DNA of 64,000 nucleotides, from positions 2,976,001 through 3,040,000 of the forward strand of contig CATNEN010000008.1 in NCBI GenBank assembly GCA_950097015.1, in the 5' to 3' direction. The stretch is from Macrostomum hystrix (taxonomy: Eukaryota > Animalia > Platyhelminthes). The number at the start of each line of letters is the position of its first letter. Within the stretch, counting starts at the first letter, position 1. This document shows positions 48,201 to 58,277 of this stretch, in pieces. The notes under the pieces are model-generated. The model saw only the letters and a list, made by a program, of their open reading frames with translations, ran no database searches and had not been told where the DNA came from. Both the position numbers and the translations under genes were made by a program.

Positions 48201-51200
48201 CGGCGTGGCTGGCTACGTAGCAACCAAAGGTGAGCAGCCTGTCCGTTATATGTGACAAATTCGACATTCTACCAAAACTCACGCCTCTGAAACCCACGTT
48301 TCAGGCGAATTGCTAAACATCAAGGATGCGTACTCACATCCGCTGTTCTACAGTAAAGTGGACGAAAATACTGGGTTTAGGACCAGGTTTGTGTGACTGA
48401 GCCACCACCACCTCATTCCATCCCCACCTCATTCCACCCACCACCTCATTCCACCCACCACCTCATTCCACTCACCACCTCATTCCACCCACCACCTCAT
48501 TCCACCCACCACCTCATTCCACCCACAACCTCATTCGACCCACAACCTCATGGTTTAGGACCAGGTTTGTGTGACTGAGCCACCACCACCTCATTCCACC
48601 CACCACCTCATTCCACCCACCTCCTCATTCCACCCACAACCTCATTCGACCCACAACCTCATTCCACCCACAACCTCATTCCACCCACCACCTCATTCCA
48701 CCCACCACCTCATTCCACCCACCACCTCATTCCACCCACCTCCTCATTCCACCCACAACCTCATTCCACCCACAACCTCATTCCACCCACCACCTCATTC
48801 CACCCACCTCCTCATTCCACCCACAACCTCATTCGACCCACAACCTCATTCCACCCACAACCTCATTCCACCCACCACCTCATTCCACCCACCACCTCAT
48901 TCCACCCACCTCCTCATTCCACCCACAACCTCATTCCACCCACAACCTCATTCCACCCACAACCTCATTTCACCCTCTTTTCCAGGAACATTCTCTGCTT
49001 CCCCATACAAGACGAGCTCGGGAATATTGTTGGCGTCGCCCAGCTGTGCAATAAAATCAAAGCGGCCCACTTCTCCACATTCGATGAGGATCTGGCTAGG
49101 GCATTCTCTGTCTACTGCTGCATCGCCATTATTCACGTGAGGAATGGGCAGATTAATATCGGATTGAGGAATATTGATTAAGGAGTAGATTATAGAATTA
49201 AGAATTATTAAAAAAGGCAAAGAAAATCAGTGAGATTTATATCAGAATATTGGAAATGCTTGGGAGATCGATGGAAATGGGTTTGATAGAAGAGAAGGTA
49301 AGTTTGATGGAAGATTGGGTGAGATTGATGGATGAGTGGGTGAGATTGATGGACGAGTGGGTGAGATTGATGGATGAGTGGGTGAGATTGATGGATGAGT
49401 GGGTGAGATTGATGGATGAGTGGGTGAGATTGATGGATGAGTGGGTGAGATTGATGGATGAGTGGGTGAGATTTATGGATGAGTGGGTGAGATTGATGGA
49501 AGATTGGGTGAGATTGATGGACGAGTGGGTGAGATTGATAGATGAGTGGGTGAGATTGATAGATGAGTGGGTGAGATTGATAGATGAGTGGGTGAGATTG
49601 ATGGATGAGTGGGTGAGATTGATGGACGAGTGGGTGAGATTGATGGAAGAGTATGTAAGTTTGATGGAAGAGTGGGTGAGACTTGACGGAAGGGTGGATG
49701 AGATTGATGGAAGAATGAATAAGAATCCAACTCGTCGCTTATCATCAACCCGCAGTCGCTGATGTACAAGAAGGTGCAGGCAGCTCAGGCGCGTCACCAG
49801 CTGGCCACCGAGCTCATGACCTACCACATGCACGTGCCTGAGCGGGGCGTGCATGACCTCGCCACCGCCCCGGCTCGACAGCTGGAAAAATTCTGCCCGA
49901 ACTTCGACCAGTTCGTGTCGGTTCCGCGGCACATTGTCGAGGAGGACAGCTGTGCGGCTGTCATGCAGATGTTCGACGATCTGAATCTCACCAAGACCTG
50001 GCGAATTCGGCGAACCACGCTGGCTCGCTTCGTGCTGCTGGCCAGGAAGGGCTACAGGTGAGGTTGACGGTTGGTTGAGGTACAGGTGAGGTTGACGATT
50101 GGTTGAGGTACAGGTGAGGTTGACGGTTGGTTGAGGTACTGGTGAGGTTGACGGTTGGTTGAGGTACAGGTGAGGTTGACGGTTGGTTGAGGTACTGGTG
50201 AGGTTGACGGTTGGTGGAGGTACAGGTGAGGTTGACGATTGGTGGAGGTACAGGTGAGGTTGACGGTTGGTTGAGGTACTGGTGAGGTTGACGGTTGGTT
50301 GAGGTACAGGTGAGGTTGACGTGGAATTGGATGTGATACAGGCCAGGTTGGCATGACCCAGTCTGACCCCCTTGCCACCCCAGGGACCCGCCCTACCACA
50401 ATTGGTCTCACGCATTCTCGGTGGCCCACTTCACCTACCTGTGCCTGAAGAATCTCCGCCTGGCCTCCTGCCTGACTCCGCTGGAGTTTTTCTCTTTCCT
50501 TGTCGCCTCGCTGTGCCATGACATCGACCACCGCGGCACCAACAACTCGTTCGAGAACTCCAGCGGCTCGGCCCTCTCTGGCCTGTACAGCTCCGAGGGC
50601 TCGGTGCTGGAGAGGCACCACTTCTCGCAGACTGTCTGCATCCTCAACAGGGAGGGCTGCAACGTGTTTGAGAACCTGTCTGAGAAGGTTAGATTTGCTT
50701 CTGTGCTGATTTTCACAGATTCCCTCCTTCCTCTTCAAATCGCAAATGCCCATTCTTAGATCCCCTATCCCTTTCCTCAGATCCCCTATCCGCTTCCTCA
50801 GATCCCCTATCCCCTTCCTCAGATCCCCTATCCCTTTCCTCAGATCCCCTATCCCTTTCCTCAGATCCCCTATCCGCTTCCTCAGATCCCCTATCCCCTT
50901 CCTCAGATCCCCTATCCCCTTCCTCAGATCCCCTATCCGCTTCCTCAGATCCCCTATCCGCTTCCTCAGATCCCCTATCCCCTTCCTCAGATCCCCTATC
51001 CGCTTCCTCAGATCCCCTATCCCCTTCCTCAGATCCCCTATCCCCTTTCTCAGATCCCCTATCCCCTTCCTCAGATCCCCTATCCCCTTCCTCAGATCCC
51101 TATCCCCTTCCTCAGATCCCCTATCCGCTTCCTCAGATCCCCTATCCGCTTCCTCAGATCCGCGATCCCCTCTCTGAAATGCCCTTTTTCCCCAGACCCT

Positions 51201-52227
51201 TCTCAGATCTCAGACCCTCACTCCCAGTTCTGAAATATCTGCAACAACCAGATATCCGCCTTCTCCATCAGGAGTACTCAGCCGTGCTGGACATCATTCG
51301 TGACATCATCCTGGCCACCGACCTGGCGCACCACCTGAAGATCAAATCGGAGATCGACGCAGTGGCCGAGTCGGGGCCCGACTGGTCCTGCCAGCAGCAC
51401 CGCTACTTGATGCTCTGCCTGCTCATGACCGCCTCGGACCTCAGCGACCAGACCAAGGTGTGGAAGAACACGAGGCAGGTGGCCAAGCTCATCTACCAGG
51501 AGTTCTTCAGCCTTGGCGACAAGGAGAAATCCCTTGGCAAGCAGCCGGCCGAGGGAATGGACAGGGACAAGGCCGACATTCCGCAGCTGCAGGTCAACTT
51601 CCTGAACATCATCGCCGCGCCAGTTTACAGGTGAGACATTGCAGTGGCGCCTGTTGGAGGTTTTAAAAATTCATTAAATCTCTTTTAAGGCCGCCTCAGT
51701 GCGGCCTTGCCATGTCTTCAAAATGTATCAACGTGTCACCCCAATGGGCCCGCATCATCTACGACTTCGGTGGTCACCGACCTTTACCGACTATGGACAT
51801 CCTGATGCACAACTATCTTTTCGCTGATCAAGCTTCGACATTGGACTACACTGAACTATTACGAGTACTTGTTGAAGTTCCAGCAGCTGACAAAAATATT
51901 TGTCAGGGTGAACCCTTAGTAGTTCTTCTATTTTTGTAGGGCGAGAGAAAAATACATTATTAACTGTTTTTAAACAAAGATATTATTCTCTATTTAGCCT
52001 ACTCATAGTAGACTAGTAAGCGATTTGCAGCGAATTGACCGGCTTTTATTCCGATTGCCCGCAGAGCCATGGTGAAGGTGTGGCCAGCCGAGTGCTCGGT
52101 GCTTACCCAGCAGATCGAGCGCAACGTCAGCAACTGGCGCATCATCGGCCAGAAGCTGAGCAGCGGTGAGGCGCAGCGCTGCGATGCCACCATATTCGAG
52201 GCGAAGCTGGTACCGGACGATGACTGA
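24275..52227 (+). CDS. PDE2A: cGMP-stimulated 3',5'-cyclic nucleotide phosphodiesterase, PDE2A-like (N-terminal domain, GAF-A, GAF-B, HD catalytic domain), about 986 aa
   Basis: Phase-consistent exons: 24275-24385 (tentative first), 29676-29762, 32873-32891, 33817-33964, 35101-35315, 36643-36692, 37064-37126, 37251-37416, 37592-37644, 37723-37797, 38425-38466, 41853-41921, 42182-42318, 42440-42551, 42641-42744, 43194-43281, 48169-48229, 48305-48386, 48986-49136, 49756-50057, 50384-50687, 51272-51630, 52065-52227 (2961 nt, divisible by 3, no internal stop found). PDE2A-like motifs: [100 protein letters not shown]. The 5' exons are less certain than 36643 onward. Confidence 0.9.
24396..25797. 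repeat. 24-bp near-perfect minisatellite (GTGACTGACAGTGTGTCTAGCGGA), about 58 copies
   Basis: Direct periodicity with very few variants; starts about 10 nt after the putative first PDE2 donor. Confidence 0.97.
26126..26751. repeat. 37-bp minisatellite (ATAGACTAGCAATCCATTCTGTTCCTTCACTGATGGC), about 17 copies
   Basis: Direct periodicity; the central block carries a CCCATGGG variant. Confidence 0.95.
27528..28176. repeat. 16/32-bp GA-rich minisatellite (GGAGAGATTGGAGATGCGAGAGATTAGAGACA)
   Basis: Direct periodicity. Confidence 0.93.
28912..29480. repeat. 16-bp GA-rich minisatellite (GGGAGAGATTAGAGAT), same family as 27528-28176
   Basis: Direct periodicity; 3' part contains the same dimer units as the upstream array. 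Confidence 0.93.
30149..30785. repeat. 9-bp repeat (TCCCCTCAG)
   Basis: Direct periodicity; source of the PSV/SPQ/SPL ORFs. Confidence 0.95.
31440..32548. repeat. 22-bp minisatellite (TTTTCAGTAGATTATCAATGGG), about 50 copies, followed by a (TG)n-like tract to about 32638
   Basis: Direct periodicity. Confidence 0.95.
32982..33813. repeat. 21-bp minisatellite (AGCTGACAGTAGCTTAGCTGT), about 40 copies, abutting a PDE2 acceptor
   Basis: Direct periodicity; last unit runs into the TTAG acceptor at 33813-33816. Confidence 0.96.
34245..35056. repeat. Degenerate 30-35-bp minisatellite (GGGAGAGATTGACAGTGGTGTGATAGGAGATGAA)
   Basis: Imperfect tandem periodicity. Confidence 0.9.
35680..36120. repeat. 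About 30-bp minisatellite (TTCTCTATTTGGGGAATTCCCTACTAAGGA)
   Basis: Imperfect tandem periodicity. Confidence 0.88.
37592..49136 (+). CDS. PDE2A: PDE2A-like tandem GAF-domain exons
   Basis: GAF NK..F..DE signatures: LLCVPV...[20 protein letters not shown] (GAF-A) and [36 protein letters not shown] (GAF-B). Confidence 0.92.
37948..38310. repeat. About 36-bp minisatellite (GCTAGGCAGAGAGAAACTGTTAAAATGTACATAA)
   Basis: About 10 imperfect copies. Confidence 0.88.
39143..40510. repeat. 30-bp minisatellite (CCCATCAAATCCCAATCCCGAACCCTCTTC), about 45 copies
   Basis: Direct periodicity; gives open frames on both strands. Confidence 0.96.
41040..41486. repeat. 22-bp minisatellite (TAGACATCTAGATAGAGATCAA)
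   Basis: Direct periodicity. Confidence 0.92.
41951..42175. repeat. 16/17-bp repeat (CATTCACCCACTGTCC) filling most of a PDE2 intron
   Basis: Direct periodicity, ending a few nt before the acceptor at 42180-42181. Confidence 0.92.
42830..43077. repeat. G-rich repeat (GGAGGAGGTGGGTGA[T/G])
   Basis: Direct periodicity. Confidence 0.88.
43676..44108. repeat. 28-bp minisatellite (ATGAGCCGCCACCATCCTTTATCCTTTG), about 15 copies
   Basis: Direct periodicity. Confidence 0.93.
44797..45609. repeat. 31-bp minisatellite (CCCTCAGTGAGTCAGCAGTTACCACCCTGAA), about 26 copies
   Basis: Direct periodicity. Confidence 0.96.
45804..48132. repeat. 24-bp minisatellite (CTGAAGGAATTGGATTGATAGACA), about 97 copies
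   Basis: Direct periodicity; source of the 701-aa and 785-aa repeat ORFs. Confidence 0.97.
48405..48970. repeat. C-rich about 21-bp repeat (CACCTCATTCCACCCAC) interrupted by a duplicated splice donor
   Basis: Direct periodicity; GGTTTAGGACCAGGTTTGTGTGACTGAGCC occurs at 48374 and 48552. Confidence 0.9.
49310..49712. repeat. 21-bp minisatellite (GATGAGTGGGTGAGATTGATG)
   Basis: Direct periodicity. Confidence 0.93.
49756..52227 (+). CDS. PDE2A: PDE2A-like catalytic-domain exons (49756-50057, 50384-50687, 51272-51630, 52065-52227)
   Basis: [25 protein letters not shown] metal/catalytic motifs and the invariant Gln in IPQLQVNFL; canonical GT-AG junctions; stop TGA at 52225-52227. Confidence 0.95.
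50053..50321. repeat. 28-bp minisatellite (CAGGTGAGGTTGACGGTTGGTTGAGGTA), 10 copies, each containing the 5' splice site
   Basis: Units start at 50055, 50083, 50111 and so on to 50307; the first unit spans the real exon-intron junction at 50057/50058. Confidence 0.95.
50757..51162. repeat. 21-bp minisatellite (CAGATCCCCTATCCC[C/T]TTCCT)
   Basis: Direct periodicity. Confidence 0.93.
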
Positions 52228-53535
52228 AGCGAGCTTGAGTGAATTCTACTCACAAAGCAACAGATAATTAGAACTAAACTAATTTATTGCTATCTATAAA
52301 AATATCTATCTTTAACAATGATTATTTGAAAAGATTGCGTCATGATTTTCTGTGCTAACTATCTAGCTATGTGGTTATAATAGCTATGTCTGAGTTTATT
52401 CACGCGAAGGTTTTGTCAGCTGTTTGATTTTTGTTTATCTTTCGAATCTAATCTGAAAATTTTCTCTATATAGAGAAACTAATAGTGGCGCATCCAGCTG
52501 TGTACAGCTGTTCAGTCCATGGACTGGGGAGGGGGCGCCAAACCCACAGAAATTTTTACCTCGTCTAATTAATACTGATATCCATTTTACAGTTGGGTCT
52601 AAAGTGTCTTGCTCAAATAACGCGATTCTCCCCATAATGGAGACTCACTCACTATATTTCTGTTTTTCATTAGTTGTACTACTCGTGAGTAGTTGAGTCC
52701 GCTTTATCGATATTTTGTGTTTTTTCTGAAGTCAGGCAGTTTTATTCTCCACACTGGAGTTAGCTTTCTGTTATAGAATTTAATAAAGATTAACACCATG
52801 ATCTGTGTTACAGTTGAAACCCTGCTTCTACGAGCTATATGTGCTTCCTGTTTTTACTTTGTGTCCGCTGTTGTGTCCATTGTTGTGTTGTTCTACAGTT
52901 GTCTATGGCTTTGCTTTGTCCTAAAAGTCCGCGCTTGTGTCCCCCTTTCGTGCAAATTGGTGTAGGCTAATCTGTTGTTAATGGACTGTGCTAGCCATTA
53001 TTTTAATTAATGTGCTTTAGCTGCGTATTTTAACATCCTACTCAAAGTACTATTCTGTGATTAAAAGCGAATTAATATTTATTGTCTTGAGCTGCTATTT
53101 ATTAACTGCAAGCACTGTAGCCGTTTAAATGCTTTTTATTTATCTATCTTGGATTGTTTTGTTTTATTCTTTCGTTTTTTGCATTCGTATCATAGAAATT
53201 TGAAAGCTAAATTAATGGATTCTTTGACAGCAGCTACTGTTTATTTATTTTCTCACTTATTATGTAATACTTGTTTTTAGCCATCGAATGGGTAATCAAA
53301 TGAACTCATATTCTGTTTTGCCTGCTAGTGAATTAAATCACAACTGCACTCAACCCTCAAGCCATTTGTAAAACCCCCTAGTGTTTTAGGTACTTTCAGT
53401 ACATATCGGGGCATTCTTACTAGATAGAATTACTTATAAACCCGAGTATTTGTGGCTCTGTTGGTAACTAGGACGGGTTTTAAGTATGAACCGCTAGCTT
53501 TGCGAAATAAATTCTGTTCTACAATGGCCATCGAG

Positions 53536-53615
53536 GAGAGTTATTCGGGATTCGAACCCATGTTACAGAATTAAAAGTTGCACAAAGGCTCTGACCACTA
53601 AGCCACGGCGTCTCC
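53536..53615 (-). pseudogene. Degenerate tRNA-like element (tRNA pseudogene or SINE head)
   Basis: Minus strand GGAGACGCCGTGGCTTAGTGGTCAGAGC...GGGTTCGAATCCC retains A-box and B-box/T-arm; anticodon arm and acceptor stem do not pair. Confidence 0.55.
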
Positions 53616-54002
53616 ATTTAGAATAATCATAATGCAACTGTTTATGGTCATTGCGATGAACTTTCCCTCTTGTCTTTTCTCTGTACTCAGCCGCTAAAGA
53701 TTATTATGCACAGCAAGCCATTGTATTGCCAGCCAGCGCCTCTGTGAAAGCATCATCTACATGTGAAATTACAGCCCTTGCACCGTGTACCTGTTTGCTT
53801 GTCTGCCACCCGACCACTGTTCAGCTACGCACCAGCTCATGCTTAACCAAACTCATGGGAATTGCGCAACATCGACATTTTAAATACACCACAGCGAATC
53901 TGTTCTAGAGAGCGAATTCAGAAAATATGTTCGACTTTCGACTCAAATTAAGATTTTCAGACAGACTTGTCAGTGTTTTGGTGGGCAGTCTTAATGAGCC
54001 GT

Positions 54003-55254
54003 CTGTGGTCTGCATATTGATGGGGTGTCTGTGGTATGCAGTGTATTGATGGGGTGTCTGTGGTATGCAGTGTATTGATGGGGTGTCTGTGGTATGCAGT
54101 GTATTGATGGGGTGTCTGTGGTATGCAGTGTATTGATGGGGTGTCTGTGGTATGCAGTGTATTGATGGGGTGTCTGTGGTATGCATTGTATTGATGGGGT
54201 GTCTGTGGTATGCAGTGTATTGATGGGGTATCTGTGGTATGCAGTGTATTGATGGGGTGTCTGTGATCTGCAGTGTATTGATGGGGTGTCTGTGGTATGC
54301 AGTGTATTGATGGGGTGTCTGTGGTATGCAGTGTATTGATGGGGTGTCTGTGGTATGCAGTGTATTGATGGGGTGTCTGTGGTATGCAGTGTATTGATGG
54401 GGTGTCTGTGGTATGCAGTGTATTGATGGGGTGTCTGTGGTATGCAGTGTATTGATGGGGTGTCTGTGGTATGCAGTGTATTGATGGGGTGTCTGTGGTA
54501 TGCAGTGTATTGATGGGGTGTCTGTGGTATGCAGTGTATTGATGGGGTGTCTGTGGTATGCAGTGTATTGATGGGGTGTCTGTGGTATGCAGTGTATTGA
54601 TGGGGTGTCTGTGGTATGCAGTGTATTGATGGGGTGTCTGTGGTATGCAGTGTATTGATGGGGTGTCTGTGGTATGCAGTGTATTGATGGGGTGTCTGTG
54701 GCATGCAGTGTATTGATGGGGTGTCTGTGGTATGCAGTGTATTGATGGGGTGTCTGTGGTATGCAGTGTATTGATGGGGTGTCTGTGGTATGCAGTGTAT
54801 TGATGGGGTGTCTGTGGTATGCAGTGTATTGATGGGGTGTCTGTGGTATGCAGTGTATTGATGGGGTGTCTGTGGTATGCAGTGTATTGATGGGGTGTCT
54901 GTGGTATGCAGTGTATTGATGGGGTGTCTGTGGTATGCAGTGTATTGATGGGGTGTCTGTGGTATGCAGTGTATTGATGGGGTGTCTGTGGTATGCAGTG
55001 TATTGATGGGGTGTCTGTGGTATGCAGTGTATTGATGGGGTGTCTGTGGTATGCAGTGTATTGATGGGGTGTCTGTGGTATGCAGTGTATTGATGGGGTG
55101 TCTGTGGCATGCAGTGTATTGATGGGGTGTCTGTGGTATGCAGTGTATTGATGGGGTGTCTGTGGTATGCAGTGTATTGATGGGGTGTCTGTGGTATGCA
55201 GTGTATTGATGGGGTGTCTGTGGTATGCAGTGTATTGATGGGGTGTCTGTGATC
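54003..55254. repeat. 29-bp minisatellite (GTGTATTGATGGGGTGTCTGTGGTATGCA), about 43 copies
   Basis: Direct periodicity. Confidence 0.97.
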
Positions 55255-55574
55255 TGGACTATATTGCACTGCTGAAGCCGCGGAATTCATAAATTTTGTA
55301 ACATTTCTTGCTCTAGCAGCAGGTCAGTCAAGGTCACGTGGTTCCAGACGATGCAGTAGGCAATCGATTTTGTGTCGTCAATTTAATTTGGGAGTCATTG
55401 CATGGGGTTAGAAAAAACGTTGGTCCCCCGACCCCCATTCTACGCTTCTGCCCCCTAATCAGGCATGCAGTGATATTCTGTCAAAAATTTCCTATTAATT
55501 TATGCAGAGTTTTTCAGTCTGGAATGCCACGGGTAGCGGGTGAAAATGAAATTTTTATTGAAACGCAGATTGTA

Positions 55575-56250
55575 TCAAAGCAATCCGCGCAGGAAATAGT
55601 CTCCGGTGGCATTGTACCCAGCTGGCGGGTAGGAGAAGCGGAACATGTGGCACTGCTGGCGCTCCTGTGAGAAGATCAACGACTGGCAGTCGATGCGGGC
55701 CTGGCACTCAAACAGGCACAGAATGTCGTTTCTGGCAGAAATGGTAGCCGTCTCGGCAGCCGGGGCAGGGCTCACGGTCTGGCTTGGTCTGTCAAGTCTT
55801 GGAGAAGAAGTTGTTGTCTGAAAAGATAATTAAAATATTTTTAGGGCCGCGGTCCGCATTGCCAGTGCTAGGCCTGAGAGCGAACCCACTGCTCAGTGTT
55901 CTAGCGACTCACTCGGGTAGTTCAGAGCGTACAAAGAGTTAATGGAGGTCTGACCGCAGAACTGGGCTGGATTGCCGCCGCAGGTTTGGCTGCAATTGAT
56001 GGTCAAGTATTGTTTGTACCGACCGTAGGAATTGCCGCAGAAACAGTAGGTTGAGTACTGAACACCGAAATAGAGAAACCCGCCGATTGAGCACACTCAA
56101 GCGTCATGCTAGGGTAATTCAGGCCGTTAGACACCGAGAACTCGCCAATGCTTCAATGTAGGACCTCAGGTAAACCCGGCCGGCAACGCAGGTGAGCAGG
56201 TGAGTGAGGAGTCTGACGGCTGAGCTGACGGTGAGCAGAACTGACTTCAT
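55575..56250 (-). pseudogene. Disrupted secreted WSC-domain plus PAN/apple-like domain gene (two exons, about 56250-55913 and 55817-55575)
   Basis: ATG at 56250: MKSVLLTVSSAVRLLTHLLTCVAGRVYLRSYI (signal-peptide-like), frameshift to SIGEFSVSNGLNYPSMTLE, frameshift to CSIGGFLYFGVQYSTYCFCGNSYG...CSQTCGGNPAQFCGQTSINSLY (WSC Cys pattern), donor A|GTGAGT. Exon 2 reads NNFFSKT* in phase, but a 1-nt shift gives ...ISARNDILCLFECQARIDCQSLIFSQERQQCHMF (PAN-like Cys spacing). Confidence 0.72.
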
Positions 56251-56292
56251 GACTAATTATCTTCCTGTCAGACTGGCACAACTGAATTTTGT

Positions 56293-57329
56293 GAGAGATG
56301 AGACACGGGAGAGATGAGACACGGGAGAGATGAGACACGGGAGAGATGAGACACGGGAGAGATGAGACACGGGAGAGATGAGACACGGGAGAGACGAGAC
56401 ACGGGAGAGATGAGACACGGGGGAGATGAGACACGGGAGAGATGAGACACGGGAGAGATGAGACACGGGAGAGATGAGACACGGGAGAGATGAGACACGG
56501 GAGAGATGAGACACGGGAGAGATGAGACACGGGAGAGATGAGACACGGGGGAGATGAGACACAGGAGAGATGAGACACGGGAGAGATGAGACACGGGAGA
56601 GATGAGACACGGGAGAGATGAGACACGGGAGAGATGAGACACGGGAGAGATGAGACACGGGAGAGATGAGACACGGGAGAGATGAGACACGGGAGAGATG
56701 AGACACGGGAGAGATGAGACACGGGAGAGATGAGACACGGGAGAGATGAGACACGGGAGAGATGAGACACGGGAGAGATGAGACACGGGAGAGATGAGAC
56801 ACGGGAGAGATGAGACACGGGAGAGATGAGACACGGGAGAGATGAGACACGGGAGAGATGAGACACGGGAGAGATGAGACACGGGAGAGATGAGACACGG
56901 GAGAGATGAGACACGGGAGAGATGAGACACGGGAGAGATGAGACACGGGAGAGATGAGACACGGGAGAGATGAGACACGGGAGAGATGAGACACGGGAGA
57001 GATGAGACACGGGAGAGATGAGACACGGGAGAGATGAGACACGGGAGAGATGAGACACGGGAGAGATGAGACACGGGAGAGATGAGACACGGGAGAGATG
57101 AGACACGGGAGAGATGAGACACGGGAGAGATGAGACACGGGAGAGATGAGACACGGGAGAGATGAGACACGGGAGAGATGAGACACGGGAGAGATGAGAC
57201 ACGGGAGAGATGAGACACGGGAGAGATGAGACACGGGAGAGATGAGACACGGGAGAGATGAGACACGGGAGAGATGAGACACGGGAGAGATGAGACACGG
57301 GAGAGATGAGACACGGGAGAGATGAGACA
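56293..57329. repeat. 16-bp near-perfect minisatellite (GATGAGACACGGGAGA), about 64 copies
   Basis: Direct periodicity. Confidence 0.97.
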
Positions 57330-58277
57330 TGTGAGTCTTATCTTTTATTGCTAAAGATTTTTTGTTCTGTAAAATGTAGATGCCTCAACGATGGCGTGCA
57401 CAAAACTCTAATGGGATAAAAATACGAATGGGAAATTATCCTGCTTATTACATTATCCTGCTTAATTTCCAGTTAAGCAATTTTGACGTAGACTAGGTGT
57501 GGGTGAGTCATCTAAGCTTGGCTTGCACAATCGCACATTACCTGTTGGGCTTCTATGTTGCAAAAGCAATTTTTTGTCTTTATTGTTGGCGCACGCGCGG
57601 CAGCTGCAACTGAAAACTTCGGGGCAGCGAATATACGCTGCATCGAAAACCTTTTTGCTTTCGACCAGCCTCCGAGTTTTCTCTGACTATGGGCCAGTCA
57701 ACTGCCAGGTTTGCTGCATTCTGTGCATCTTGCATCCACCTTTACAGATCCAACGAAACTGCACCTCGAGTGCGCAGAATGTAGCTAGCCTTTTCTTCCG
57801 AATTTTCATCCCCATCTCTATAACCTCCGCCGCTCTTCCCGTCTGTCTTTCGAGGGCGCTTGTGGGGGGCAGAGGGTATAAATGCCATCGTAGCGCATGG
57901 GAAGTCACGGAAAAGAGGACGCTCTGGATCCGGCGGAATCGATCGATGAACAACTCGCTGGGCACGAATGCAGGGGTCGGGGAGGACTTGTTGAGGTACG
58001 CGGCCCGCCAACATTTCCCTTGCGCATCGCCCACTCTCAACGCTTCCCTGTTTCTTCTGGAAGGCTGCGGTCGTTATAAAATGCCGACCAGGTGAAGCCT
58101 ACGGGGCCCTCCGCTTGCCTTAACCTCAGTCATTTCCAACCTCCTCGCGCACTCGCGGTCTCGCATCCTCAGACAAAAGCCCACTCGTTTCGGCTCGCTT
58201 TTGTTTCGCACCGAGTCTCGCTGTTTTGTTTTCTTTGTTTGTCTTTGACTTCGACGAGAGCGCAGACGCACTGAGAG

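Noticed and set aside
49237-50753. Minus-strand ORFs 49237-50415 and 50052-50753
   Set aside because: Antisense read-through of PDE2 exons and intronic repeats.
837-57330. Long ORFs of 150-785 aa (for example 24020-25819, 32843-33826, 39047-40597, 45765-48122, 53905-55290, 56153-57330) as repetitive structural, antifreeze or adhesive proteins
   Set aside because: Each coincides with a DNA tandem array, is open in several frames or on both strands, shows no synonymous-site variation pattern, and most lie inside PDE2 or Kv introns.
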